This document shows, piece by piece, positions 26,405 to 39,510 of a stretch of DNA of 64,000 nucleotides (positions are counted from its first letter, which is position 1; every line of letters begins with the position of its first letter). The stretch is from contig NC_043001.1 in NCBI RefSeq assembly GCF_006345805.1, positions 106,082,001-106,146,000 of the forward strand. Direction: 5' to 3'. Position numbers and translations under genes: made by a program. The DNA is from Octopus sinensis (lineage: Eukaryota). Under the pieces are notes generated by a model, which saw only the letters and a program-made list of their open reading frames with translations, had not been told where the DNA came from and did no database searches.

Positions 26405-27693
26405 TTTTATAGATTGGTAGTAATTACATGTTCTTTAAACGTGTTTACAAGAGTATTCTCCGAGAAAAGGATGAGAAATTGTTCTTCATTACAGAGCGGA
26501 CAAAAAGATGTACTTTTATCATATGGGCAAGATCTACATAGAATATACCATTCCAAATTGTATAATTTGTTCCTTTAGAGACCAAATTAATTTATTAAGC
26601 CCAGTATTGTTGCATTTATTGATATGTCTAAATGTAGAGTAATAGTTAGATATTCTTTTCGAAAACTGGGACGATGAACTACCTATGTAAAAAAAACATC
26701 AGGTTTAATTGTTATTTTACGCTGAAAACCCGAGTTTCTAGTCTTAGAATTACTGCTAAGGAAACGAATACGATTCGAATTGATATCAAAATATTAATAT
26801 TGTTGTTATTATTGTTGTTCATAGAATGGTTAGCGTTAATAATATCAATGTTATTATTTTCATCAAGTGTGTTTGTATTTAGCAAATTATTGTTGTGCAA
26901 AGAAATGATTTGTGAAAGGTTTTTGTTGTTTGAAAAACCTATCCTAATTCATTGTGAACTAATAATGGAATGGTATCCGGAATTTTGGGGGATGTTTTTA
27001 ACTATAGCGTCATGAAGCTGGTAAGTGGGATTGGATTTGATTTGCTTACCATATCGAATTATCAACCATACAATTTTCTTAGAACAACTTGTTACTAGGG
27101 TAATTATCTTTAAAAGTCATAGACTTATTTTTATTACGTATAAAGGGATGTAAAAACCGTTATCTCCCTTACGCTGCAAAGTTACAATTTTTCGATTTAG
27201 TGTAGTTATTCGAACTAAAATATATATTGTTATTACCGTTATGATGTGTTTTCATGTCCTGATTAATAAGAGGTAGAATTAATGTCAATAGGTTTGATAT
27301 AGGTAATTCTTTTCTTTGTAGCCTGCTTTAAGTAAGTCAGAGTTATAAAATTCGTCTTTATCGTTAAATATATCAACATTAGCAGATAATCTAGAAAATC
27401 TAAGTGAAATATTTCTAACTAAACTCCTTGTAATAGCCTTTGAATGATTAGTGAAATTAGCTAATATATTTTAAATTAGTTGGTGGATTATGGTATAAGA
27501 AATATGAATCATTATATAAGTTAAGAGTAATATCAAAAAATTTGGCTCTAGTTATACCGTCATGTTTCGGAAAAATTTAAGCAACCTATTTTTTATCCTT
27601 TGAAATGTTTGGTTAGAAATAGTTTGAAGGTAGAGTAGACAATCATCATGATATAAACCTCCATTGATGTTTGGGAATCGGTCAGCCATATCA
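26405..27693 (-). pseudogene. Penelope-like retroelement remnant: RT catalytic region through GIY-YIG endonuclease
   Basis: minus-strand translation with stops and frameshifts: GGLYHDDCLL (YxDD), NHSKAITRSLVRNISLRFSRLS, KIVWL..IISLHNNNLL, FYIGSSSQFSKRISNYYSTFRH..LIWSLK, WYIL..PYD..CPLCNEE. Confidence 0.85.
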
Positions 27694-28369
27694 TATAGGA
27701 TATATATATATATATATCGACCACATCAGTCACTTGTGCTGACTCAGATCTTCCCATCGTGACATCAAAACTGTTAGGCGTAAATTTACGGACCCATAGT
27801 TTGTTTTCAGATTAAATGATCGACTTTCTGGCTGCTAACACCACATTAATTTCATCCCGGTTGAATTCTGCTTTGTTGTGTATAAACCAGAGCGGTTTTT
27901 TCAGTACAACTGCGTTAATAGAGGAATGGTAACTACAAATATCGAACTGGATAAACTTAGTGCACTTCTCGACCACTTGGAACGAATTAGAACATAAACT
28001 AAGCTTTAACTTTTTAAATAAAGAAGGAATATATTTATCTAGAACATTTTTAGTAAGTAGTAGAAAACCTTTTAAGGCGTGCTCCAGCATGACCTCTTTC
28101 AAATGACTGAAACAAGTAAAAGACTAACAGAATATATGTTCGAATACTTTCTCGCAGAATGGGAGTAGTTGTACAAAAGACAGAATGCTCCAAGATTTCG
28201 ATTAAAAAGAAAAACAGCCATAAATGTTACATGTATAACATGACAAATGTATTTTAAATATTTGCGGATTTCAGATTTTAATCTCTTCGAGATTAATGGC
28301 ATAATTCAGAATATGTAGTCAGGGCAGATGAGTTTTAGAATCTGAAGCTTTTATCAAAAATATTCGCCT

Positions 28370-28678
28370 TTGCAACGGAACAGCCTGCAAGTGGCTGAGC
28401 ACTCCAGAGATATGTGTACCCTTAACGTAGTTCTCGGAGAGATTCAGCGAGACACAGAGTGTGCTAAGCCTGGCCCTTCAAAATACATGTACAACGGAAA
28501 CAAGAGGAAAGAGTGAGAGAAAGTTGTGGTGAAAGAGTACAGCAGGGTTCGCCACCACCCCTGCCGGAGCCTCGTGGAGCTTTAAGTGTTTTCGTTCAAT
28601 AAACACTCAGAACGCTCGGTCTGGGAATTGAAATTGTGATCCTGCGATCGCGAGTCCGCTGCCCTAAGCACTGGGCCT
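28370..28678 (-). mobile_element. tRNA-derived SINE family 3
   Basis: reverse complement of the 38713 head and body. Confidence 0.7.
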
Positions 28679-29811
28679 CGATAATCATTGGTAAATATTA
28701 CATCAATAATAGTAGCAACTGAGTTTTAAAAATATATAACTTTGCATAAGTTATTGCCGGTAGCTTGTACTGAAAAATACAATTAAATAATCTATAATAA
28801 TCTATTCAAAACTTGTCATAAACGAATTTCCACTGGTTTTAATATGCACTACGTCATGCTATCTGAAATTTATAGCTACTTCGCTCATTGTAACTATAAT
28901 TCATTACTGTTTAGCTACATAGATATACAGAAAAAAATAGTTCTGCTCAGAAAACTAAAACAAAAGCTTTAATCTTCTTGTCAGTTCATATCTTACGAAT
29001 ATTTTATGCTGCTCCTCAGGATAAAATGTTGCTGAAGTAAGAATTACAATATAAGTTAAAATTTATCGGCGAGGATCAAAATAATATTGTTGAGTACATT
29101 CACTTGTAGAAGTAGTTGTAGTAATTTATGCGAGGTTTTAACTAATATACTCCGGAAATAACTTCCTGACTGCATGCCCAATATTTCTTGCAAACGGAAT
29201 GTGAATAATTCATTATCTCGCGTGAATTATAAGAATTTATGTTATTTATCTCAGTGGTAAAGTTATTGCACCTCAATTAATTATTTATAAGGACGAATCT
29301 CTGTAATAACTGTCTACAATTTATAGTTATTGAAATTTATTTGTTTAAAAGTGAGGGCGACCACAGTGAATCAATATTCCTACGAGATTAACACTCGACC
29401 CTGTTCAATTCATATCTGTATATAATCATGACCTCTACTCAGCTAACAAACATGAAAACATTACGAATATCAAACCGTATGCCTTCCCAATCATTTAAAA
29501 AGAATTAAAACACTCATAGGTGTTACGGTGGGCATACATTTTCTTTTCATCTGTTATTCAAATGATATGTTGTGAATCTACGAGCATGCAGAGTAGATTG
29601 ATTTCAGTATAATATACTGTTAGCTTGTACATTGTCAGAATCTCGAAGGACCAATGTAACTTGAGGAGGACCTGGGTATCTACGATGTTCTAAAAGTTAT
29701 AGTCTACATTTTATTTCTAAAAACACTTTACATGGACAATTATCAAATCCTGAGTATTATAACTTCAACTATGAAATCTAGCATGCGATTCATGGCAATT
29801 TTTTGCAAATA

Positions 29812-30012
29812 TCTATTTCTTTGTAGCCACAGGGGCGGCTAAACAAAGAGAGGTCAAACAAGGACAGACAAAGGGAATAAGTCGATTACATCGAGCCTAG
29901 TGCATAACTGGTACTTTTTAAATCGACGCCGAAAAGATGGAAAGCAAAGTCCACCTCGGCGGAATTTGAACGGAGAACGTAACGGAAGACGAAATACCCC
30001 TCAGCATTTCAC
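29812..30012 (-). mobile_element. SINE family 2
   Basis: similarity to the 7788 copy. Confidence 0.7.
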
Positions 30013-30774
30013 CCAAATATTTTTCGCAAATATTGTACGGTATCACCGTATTCTCTAATGAGGTTTAGGAGAACGAAACATTAAGCAACCCTTTCATCTA
30101 AACACCTTACACAGCTAATTTGTACAGTCTTCTCAACGTATGGACCAATTTTGGAAGATTCACTGGCAAAATATACTTCATCGCGTAGTATATAGCGGCG
30201 TCAATAACCACTTTTCTTGATAAAAAAGATGCTCGTATTACAAATTTGTCACGTGCGTTCTGCCTCATAAAATCTAAACGTGCAGTACTAAATCTAACAT
30301 TTCATAATATTTAGATATTAGGTCAAGTATGAGATTTGTAGTAAGGTATATGGTTAACTTTGACAGCTGCTCATTTCCTGTTATTTATCACCGTATTAAG
30401 TTGGAATTGTGCATTTAAAATATTTGTTTTGAAAAGTATTTGTTGAATATTCATTTTATATAATTGTCAAAACTAATACAAATTAACCGATTAAAGCTTC
30501 CATAAATAAATAATCATAATAGTATATATGTATATTTTAATATTGCGGTAAAGAAAGCATCGCCTGGAACATTAAATAAATGTATGTCAATTGCTTTTGT
30601 GGCTTGTGACTGCAATATTCGAGATTTATTTTACGTGGCTCATATGTGAAGCTAATATGTTCAATTTTGATATAGAATAATGCATTAAGATAGCTCTTTG
30701 TTTTTTCGAAAGAAAGTGAACATCGACTCTCCGAGAATGTACTACTGATCTTGAGATTCCTAACTACTCCCACA

Positions 30775-31115
30775 TTTTGAGGTGCAGTTTAATCAAAACC
30801 GGGTATCTTGTAGTCGTGATTCATATCGAGCCCTTCTGGGTATTAGCGCGCGTCTAAGATGAGTCTACGATTTAAAAAAAAATTACCATCATTTTTGTCC
30901 ATTTTAATGTATTTTTTCGCTATTATATAAGGGAAGTAACTCTCTAAAAATGTCTATGATGAGTCAACGATTAAAAAAAAAATTACCATAATTTTTTTCC
31001 ATTTTTAATGCATTTTTTTGCTATTTTTTTGCTATTTTTTTGCTATAACTCTCTAAAAATGCTTATATAGTTATTTCCCTTACAAACCCGAGCAAGGCCG
31101 GGCGATACTGCTAGT
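30775..31115 (+). mobile_element. Helitron-like non-autonomous element
   Basis: subterminal hairpin CCCGAGCAAGGCCGGG then CTGCTAG/T. Confidence 0.6.
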
Positions 31116-31121
31116 ATATAT

Positions 31122-31262
31122 AAAGGGTAAAGGGTAAAGACCCCCTTCGGTCATGAATGACCATGGGATTGCACCTAGAAAGTTACCCTCCTAGACACAA
31201 GTCCGGGCAAGGTTGTTTATGGAAGACCAGCAGTCGCCCATGCATACCAGCCTCCCCTCTCC
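31122..31262 (-). mobile_element. LINE/SINE 3' tail with (TTTACC)n end
   Basis: minus strand ends GGTCTTTACCCTTTACCCTTTA. Confidence 0.45.
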
Positions 31263-31490
31263 TTGTCTGTCCTTGTTTGTCGTCTCTGTATTTAGCCCCT
31301 TGTGGGTAGTAAAGAAATATGTAAGCTTAGTGGTCTTTACGTTATCAGTTCAAATTGCGCCGAGGTCGACTTTGCCTTTCATCCTTTTCGGGGTATATAA
31401 ATTAAGTACCAGTTGCGTACTGGGGTCGCTCTTATTGACTGGTCCCCTACCCCAAAATTTCGGGGCCTGTGCCGAGAGTAAAAAAGAATA
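31258..31490 (+). mobile_element. SINE family 2, rearranged (3' piece precedes 5' piece)
   Basis: segments match the 7788 copy in permuted order. Confidence 0.55.
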
Positions 31491-32450
31491 TTATTGTAGG
31501 AAAAAACAAAGTCCAGCCAATTACAGTGATGTTCAAAACTGCTCCATGATTCGAAATTTGCAGATCGGAACGTTTGCCGAGAAGGATATATTTCAATTCC
31601 ATGATTTTTGGTAATAGTGAATATGTGTATTCGCTGAATGTATGAGCACTTGTTCTAAGGGTTAGATGTATTTGATGTAATGAGTGTCCAGTGAGGAAGT
31701 TCGATGGAACACCCTACTTACAGCCGAAGCCGTTAGGAAAAAAAAAAAAAATTTTTGCCGCAGGTTCTCTATTCTCGGTTACTGTGCTCAACTCATCCGT
31801 TTATAATGGTTCAACTACCATTGTATTTAGAACACTTGTAGAAAGCAAGCATGATTAAATAAATGTGATCCATTGGGATAATTTAATTCTAGTTCACACA
31901 ATCTTGTGCAGGATGAAAAGCGAACTCTGAATTCAGAGAAACAAATCTAGCTTTTTTAGTCTGTTTCAAATCAGCGTTACAATCATTATTGTCATTTGGC
32001 TGTGTGTTGTAGATAATAATTACAATCTAAACTATGTCTGGAAAGCTAAATTTTGAGAAAGAAAAAATAACGAAATTAATGAAACGGTAAAAAATCAATT
32101 TCAACAGGAAAATTTTCTAGGTGAATGACACTTTGAAAATTGAACAAAAAATCGGGGAGGTGTAACAACTAATTTATAGTGAAAGGTAAAACAAGATTTA
32201 ATATTGGTTCAGTAATATAGATTGACACAGTTTGAAATTCGACATTTGAGAAAAATTTACAAATCTTTTTAAATCATGAGTCAGTACCAATTAAAGAAAA
32301 GATGTACAACTCTGTTCATTTCTAAACAGTGATGTCATGTATGAATAAATATTTATTCATCAGTAATTAACATATATGGATATATACAGAGAAAAACACA
32401 GAAAATCCCAAACATGCATATGTATATACATACATATATATATATATAGG

Positions 32451-32523
<73 letters not shown>

Positions 32524-33363
32524 GTATGAATATATATTTGCACACATATATACATATAGGTATATATATTTGTATGTATGAATGCATGTGTGTATAAATA
32601 GAATTGTGGGCTTATGAGTGAAGACACTCTTATATATAGATTCACAGTCACACATGCACGCACACTAATAGATACATTTGTACACATAGGCACATATGTA
32701 TGCATTCCGTAGTCAATGTGTTGACCATTGAAATGGAAGCATAAATATTTATGACTGAATTATTTCGTTTGAGGTAAATTTGATCGAATGATTGATATTA
32801 AAATCAAATTATCTTGCAACATAAATCTGTTACCTCTTAAAAGGAAACTTCGGAGGAAAAGGTAAAAGAAACAACAAATATAGATTCATAAATTTGATAA
32901 ATCAGATGTTGAGAAAGAAAAAAAAACTGAACGTTAATATATTTACACCTGACAAAGCGGTATGAATATTTATAAGGATAAACAAGTTGTCATTGCCGAT
33001 AACTCACATTAGAAAAGTATTACATATGCAGAAACATTTGGAAAGCAAATAAATATTAATTGGAGTAAATACACACAAACAAACACACATATACACATAT
33101 ATGTATTTATATATGAATGTATGTATGTATACATCCATATATATATATATGTATATACATATATGTATCGTTAGACAAAAAATATTAAGTAGCTTATTTT
33201 AAAATATTGTGAATTCTAAATTTAATAATGTTTTAAATCTAAACAGCTTCTTATCAAAATGTACCACGTGATATATTCAATCTTTGAGAAATCTTACTTC
33301 AGCAGATTGCCAGATTCATTTAACCTTAGCTAATCACGGGTTCATTATGGAAATCAAAACAAT

Positions 33364-33413
<50 letters not shown>

Positions 33414-33685
33414 CAACTTACCTACATATTCATATTGCCTTTGTTCCTCCTATTTCTTCTCTTTGTTTCTTCGTTGTCTTTTCTGACGTTTACATTTCAG
33501 CACGTCACGTAATGATAGGAAAAATATAAGGATGTTCTTCTCACGACACTAATAAATGGCTTCTGGGCAACAATAGGTGGATCTTAGAGTGGCAAGAGAA
33601 TGACCCCCCCCCACACACACACACAAAATATATTATAAATTCTACTATGGAATCGAGTTCTCATTTTTTCAACACTCAACCCTAA

Positions 33686-33851
<166 letters not shown>

Positions 33852-34025
33852 GAGGGAATATTATTCCAAACATACAGGGAAAATGCAATTTAGAAATACT
33901 AACTCAAATTTCATAAAATATAATATATATATATATATATGTAGGTCCCGGGTTGAGTCGGGGTTAACCACAGTAAATAAGGTACTCAATACATAGCAGA
34001 GTAAATTAATTTATTATATAGAAGG

Positions 34026-34076
34026 AGCTTCTACAGGACTAGAACTGTTTCATTCAAAAGAAATCATCAGGAAGCT
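34026..34076 (-). ncRNA. type I hammerhead motif (left arm)
   Basis: identical reverse complement of 35491-35541. Confidence 0.8.
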
Positions 34077-35230
34077 AGTAGACAAGAGTTGTTTTGGCAT
34101 TTATACATTTAGGCAGGTTTAAATTGGTGGTGGTGGGGGACTTTTTTGGGGGTAGGCATGGCGCAAGACTGTCATTATTAGGGGAGTGGTCAAAGGAATC
34201 GGTGGTAAAGTAGATAAAAGAATAAATAAAAGAATAAAAGATTAAATAGAAAAATAGAGTTTTAGGTAAGTAAGGAGACTCTCACTTGTACATCTACATA
34301 TATATATATATATATACACCCACATATTTACATATATCTATATATATACATACATACCCATATATACATACATATATATATATACAAACATACTAGCGCC
34401 ATACTAATACAATTGTTCGTTTGTTTTCCACCTGCCTTCGTCTTTTGTCTATTTTCATAAAGCTTCCCGTTATATACAAACATACATGTGTATGTGTACG
34501 CATATATATATATATATATATATATATACGTGTGTGTGTATGTGTATATATGTATGAATGTATATGTGTATGTATATGTATATGTATATATATGTATATA
34601 TATGTGTATATGTGTATGTATATGTATGTATGTGTATGTATGTGTATGTGTATATGTGTATATATATTTATTAGTGTATATGTATGGACTAGTCTTCTGT
34701 GGGTGTATTGAGGTATGTATGTGTATGCGTGTAGATATGAATCAGTAGGTACGTGTACGTATGTGAATATACGTGAATGTATGTAGATGTATGTGTCTAT
34801 GAATATAACACGTGCGTGTGTGTATGAGTATGAGTGTACGTGTGAGTGTGTGGGCGTGAGTGAGTGCTTGCGTTCGTATCAGTGAGTAGATAGATAAACG
34901 GACTCTTTAGATCATCCCTTGAGACCGGCTGACCGCGGTCAAGATAAAAATAAAAATATAAACAAAAGTAATAATAAAATTAAAATAAGGGAACAAAAAT
35001 GTGTGTGTGTGTGTGCGCATGTATATGCATGTGTATATGTGTGTATGTATATATATGTGCGAGTGTGTATACATATGTGTATATATATGTATGTATATGT
35101 GTATTTCTGTGTATGTACATGGGTATGTGTATGTATATGTATATATATGTATATGTATGTGTATATGTATGTTTGTATATATATATGTATGTATATATGG
35201 GTATGTATGTATATATATAGATATATGTGA

Positions 35231-35271
<41 letters not shown>

Positions 35272-35490
35272 GATGTACAAGTGAGAGTCTCCTTACTTAC
35301 CTAAAACTCTATTTTTCTATTTATTCTTTTATTCTTTTATTTATTCTTTTATCTACTTTACCACCGATTCCTTTGACCACTCCCCTAATAATGACAGTCT
35401 TGCGCCATGCCTACCCCCAAAAAGTCCCCCACCACCACCCCCATTTAAACCTGCCTAAATGTATAAATGCCAAAACAACTCTTGTCTACT

Positions 35491-35541
35491 AGCTTCCTGA
35501 TGATTTCTTTTGAATGAAACAGTTCTAGTCCTGTAGAAGCT
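35491..35541 (+). ncRNA. type I hammerhead motif (right arm)
   Basis: agcttc-CTGATGA-t ttc tttt gaa t-GAAA-cag ttctagtc ctg-TA-gaagct; stem I 6 bp, stem III 4 bp, GUA triplet. Confidence 0.8.
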
Positions 35542-35580
35542 CCTTCTGTATAATAAATAAATATATATATATATATAATG

Positions 35581-36134
35581 AAGTTTTTATCTTCATTTCA
35601 CTAAATTTATCAAGCTTCTGTGTTTCTAGTACATACTTCGCCTTTAATGTACTTATATATGAATAATATATGGCCTGTGCTAGAAACACCAGCGATAATA
35701 ATTAACTTTATTTTATCGCATTTTGAATTTGTTTACATATTTCTCGATAAATTTTGAGTGTTAGACTATATACCAGAAATCCCTAGTTTGTCGGGTTCGT
35801 TCTGCGTCTGCGCAGTGATCTGATTAGTTAGAAAGAGCAAATTAGTAGACGCACATGTGTCTATCGAGTTGCGCTTCATAATAACAGGAATCTTACTGAA
35901 GAGCCTACCTGACTAAATAAATATTATTTTTATTGCTGAAAAAGGCGAAACTGCAGTCTAAGATGAACAGAGTTAGTACAAGTTTTTATCTTCATTTCAC
36001 TAAATTTATCAAGCTTCTGTGTTTCTAGTACATACTTCGCCTTTAATGTACTTATATATGAATAATATATGGCCTGTGCTAGAAACACCAGCGATAATAA
36101 TTAATTTTATTTTATCGCATTTTGAATTTGTTTA
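35581..36134 (+). mobile_element. retrozyme/pLTR-like 399-bp unit x1.4 between (TA)n tracts
   Basis: 35581-35735 repeated at 35980-36134; one HHR in the unique part. Confidence 0.8.
35890..35964 (+). ncRNA. type I hammerhead ribozyme
   Basis: atctta-CTGAAGA-gcct..aggc-GAAA-ctgcag-TC-taagat; canonical core, stem I 6 bp, GUC. Confidence 0.9.
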
Positions 36135-36144
36135 TATATATATA

Positions 36145-36196
<52 letters not shown>

Positions 36197-36220
36197 TATA
36201 TATATATAATATATATATAT

Positions 36221-36482
36221 ATAAATTAGAAAAAAAACAGCTTTTATCAATTCAAACTGAAAAATTAAATTACACCACAAACAATACTTAATCATCGTTA
36301 TATTTCTTATCTTATATTTAATCTTTCTATTATATGTAATTTTCTGGATAGTGTAATTTAATTTTTCATTTTGAATTGATAAAATGTGTTTTTTTTTTCT
36401 AATTTATAAAACTGTCCGATGAACGGCAACTTGAAACTCAGAGTAACAGGTTTTGTTGAATTTTCTGCTGCTTTAAATAAAG
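36221..36482 (+). mobile_element. PLE-type fold-back terminal repeat
   Basis: ~36221-36275 is inverted at ~36350-36408; HHR follows. Confidence 0.6.
36412..36449 (+). ncRNA. minimal hammerhead motif (CCGATGA core, weak stem II)
   Basis: ctgt-CCGATGA-acg gcaa ctt-GAAA-ctc a gag-TA-acag. Confidence 0.6.
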
Positions 36483-36515
36483 TATATATATATATATATA
36501 TTTATAAATGTGTGT

Positions 36516-36957
36516 GTAGAAACTCCGGGTTAAGTTGAAATGTTTTGTATAATGCAGAGAAATAAATATATGGAGGTAAACGCAGTTGTCATTCAAATTC
36601 TTCTACTTAAAACTAATTCCACGCTTTTAAGCTTTATTCTAATCCACCCATTGCTCCATATTTCTTTATTTGTTTTCTGCTAATTTCTTTCCTTCTCCTC
36701 CTCTTTCTATAAGCTACTTTTGACGTTATATCTATTAACGGTTTTTTTAACAAAAAAACCATAATAGCGTTCCCTTCATTATTATACGCAGTCATCGCAT
36801 TCTGTTGAAATGTCTTATTGATGTGTTTCGTTTCTTTCTTTCCCTGGTGACATTGCATTGTTTTACACTATTTTATTCCTTATGGAATAATACCAATGTT
36901 GTCTTCGAAATATATATTGAAAGTAAAGGAATTTGAATAACACCTACGCCTAACTCC

Positions 36958-36960
<3 letters not shown>
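36516..36960. mobile_element. second copy of the sequence flanking the 26.4-27.7 kb PLE, partly inverted
   Basis: 36516-36600 resembles 25947-26030 directly; ~36630-36960 is an inverted homologue of ~25990-26345. Confidence 0.6.
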
Positions 36961-36988
<28 letters not shown>

Positions 36989-37135
36989 GATGCAGCACGG
37001 AATGTTGTCAGTGATCAGATCGCGGTCTCAAAGCGACGAAAATATATTGGCAAATAAATCTTAATGTTGAAGCAAATTTAACTGTTTTTGTGTGTTTTTA
37101 TATAAATATGTATATATATATATATATATATACTC

Positions 37136-37250
37136 TTATTTTCTATTTTCCTTTACTTCTTTCAGCCATTTGACTGCGGCCATGTTGGAACACAGCTTTT
37201 AGTTGAACAAATCGACACCAGGACTTATTCTATGTAAGCCTAGTACTTAA
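37136..37250 (-). mobile_element. SINE family 1, 3' fragment
   Basis: tail match. Confidence 0.65.
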
Positions 37251-38469
37251 GGTACTATGGGAGATTTAAAAGACAAATCTCCCACAATACCGTCAAATTC
37301 CATTCAGTTGCCACATAGACTCTTGCGCTAGAAATAAAAATCCCAAATTTCATATATTCCCTTTCTATCACTGTAAAGACAGAATCTCGACACAAGAAAG
37401 AATCAACAAGGAGAATCTTTTTGTTGAAAAATTCCAAACGCTTCTTAATATGAAAACTCCACGGTGACCGTATTCTTTTTTCTAGCATCCTGTCTGACAA
37501 AAGATAGATATAAGCATTCTGTTTGACAAAAAAACCCAGCTTTTCAATTAAAGAATTGTCTCCCCTTACTCACAAGAACTGGATAACTCCTACCCCATTT
37601 CCTGTTTTGACACACAAACATCCAACCTGTTCAAACAAACACTACACCAAAACACATGCATCCTAATCCTCCAAAGAGGTTTTTCCAAGGACTAATATTG
37701 AACTATAAAAGCATAGAGACACTGCAATGTATTGATATATTTAATAATTAATTTTTGTATATATTCATTATTTTTTTAAAAAAACATTGTACATTTCTTT
37801 TTCCCATTCCTCAATTTAAAAAAAATATATTCCCTTTCAAATCTTGAAAATCTGCCTTGCAATGAAAGCCGTTCTGATTTGGTTTTTTAATTTTTCATAC
37901 ACCCATTTTTATTAAAATTTACTTTCAGTGTAGCATTCTGCCTTATTATTTTTTTGCTCTCATATGTATATATATATATATACATACATATTGGTGGGTA
38001 ATTTGCTTCATAAAATATTAGCAGTGTAAATAATGAGATCAAATGCATAATGTTTTGAACTGTAATTATTAGTTTTATTCACTGTGTCCCACGTGTGTTC
38101 TTAGTATACGGTTTTTTATGGCTGACATTCCCCGTGCTTTTGTTCCGTTAACCATCAATGACATGTCACCTTAACGGCTTTAAGGCTTTCGGTCTTGGTA
38201 AGATAAAAATGTGCATATAAATACATTCATATATTCATCTGTAAGTGCAAAATACATACATATGTTTGGGTGTGGGTGTGTACGCCTGTGTGTGTATGTG
38301 TATGAATATATATCTATGAGTATCTGTACGTATTTATGTATTCATCTACATATATATGTGTGTCTAAATATATATAAATATATATATGTGTATATATGTA
38401 TGTATGTATATATGTGTGTATGTATATAAATATATATGGATATGTACGTAAGCATAAGCATTATCTTGC

Positions 38470-38700
38470 AGGGTTAACTTTTATTTTTTCCTTGTTAGAC
38501 TGCCGCCATGCAGGGACACAGCCTTGAAAAATTATACTCAAGATTATCAACCTCCGTACTTTTTTCAGCCTGAGAGTTTTCTCTCTGTCTCTTTTGCTGA
38601 GCAACTAGATTACAGGGACGAAAACACACCAAGACCGGTTGTCACGCACTTGTGATGGACAAAAACACAGAAACACAGACATACAGACACACACAATTTC
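38470..38700 (-). mobile_element. SINE family 1, diverged 3' half
   Basis: partial match. Confidence 0.5.
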
Positions 38701-38712
38701 ATATATATATAT

Positions 38713-39007
38713 GGAGGCGCAATGGTCCAGTGGTTAGGGCAGCGGTCTCGCGGTCGTACGATCGCGGTTTCGATTCCCAGACCGGGCGTTGTTAGTGTTT
38801 ATTGAGCGAAAACACCTAAAAGCTCCACGAGCCTCCGGCAGGGGGTGAGTATCCCTGCTGTACTCTTTCACCACTCAATCTTCCACTCTTTCTTCTGTTG
38901 GCCTGCTCGCTTAGCCAGCGGGGTGGCGTCATTCGAAGGCTAAAACAATGCGAACGCATTGTGACCAGCGATGTGTAACTACATCTAATGGACTGGTCGG
39001 TCACGTG
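38713..39007 (+). mobile_element. tRNA-derived SINE family 3 (octopus OR-like)
   Basis: A box TGGTCCAGTGGTTAGG, B box GGTTTCGATTCCC; partial copy at 57934-58043. Confidence 0.8.
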
Positions 39008-39012
39008 GACAC

Positions 39013-39062
<50 letters not shown>

Positions 39063-39205
39063 CATTATTTGCATTATTTACCTTTTGACGGATATTTATC
39101 CTTATCTTGTCTGTTGTTAACACGTTTCGGGTGTTATACCCTCCAGCCTTCATCAGATGTATTGGGGAAATTTTGGACCGGGGTTCTTATTCCTAAGGTA
39201 TGTTT

Positions 39206-39213
39206 TGATGTTA

Positions 39214-39280
<67 letters not shown>
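39206..39280. repeat. (ATT)n microsatellite
   Basis: direct inspection. Confidence 0.95.
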
Positions 39281-39344
39281 CCAGGTCAATGCCTGGAATC
39301 GAACTCGGAATCTGGGGGTTAGTAGCTCGTGCTCTTAACCACTA

Positions 39345-39510
39345 CGGCGAGTTTCTTTCGGGCTCCGTCTACCAAATCCACCCACAATGATTTGGTCAGG
39401 CGGAGGCTATCGAAGAAGGCACTTGCCCAAGATGCTACACTGTGGGACTGAACCCGGAAACATATAGTTACGAAGTAAACTTCTTACAACACAGCACCGC
39501 CTGCGCTTCT
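39345..39510 (-). mobile_element. SINE family 1, 5' half
   Basis: head match. Confidence 0.65.

Larger units (their letters stand above)
34005..35560. repeat. long inverted repeat: ~390-bp arms (34005-34393 / 35167-35560) around a ~770-bp spacer
   Basis: arms match including the adjoining complex microsatellite; a few substitutions and indels. Confidence 0.9.

Noticed and set aside
37255-37700. Possible L1/Tx1 ORF2 C-terminal remnant
   Set aside because: No diagnostic motif found
38713-38790. tRNA gene
   Set aside because: The tRNA-like region continues into a repeated SINE body and lacks a full cloverleaf
39117-39160. Minus-strand CTGATGA..GAAAcgTG hammerhead-like motif
   Set aside because: G at the cleavage position, 8 unpaired bases before stem II and no convincing stem I; at most a relic
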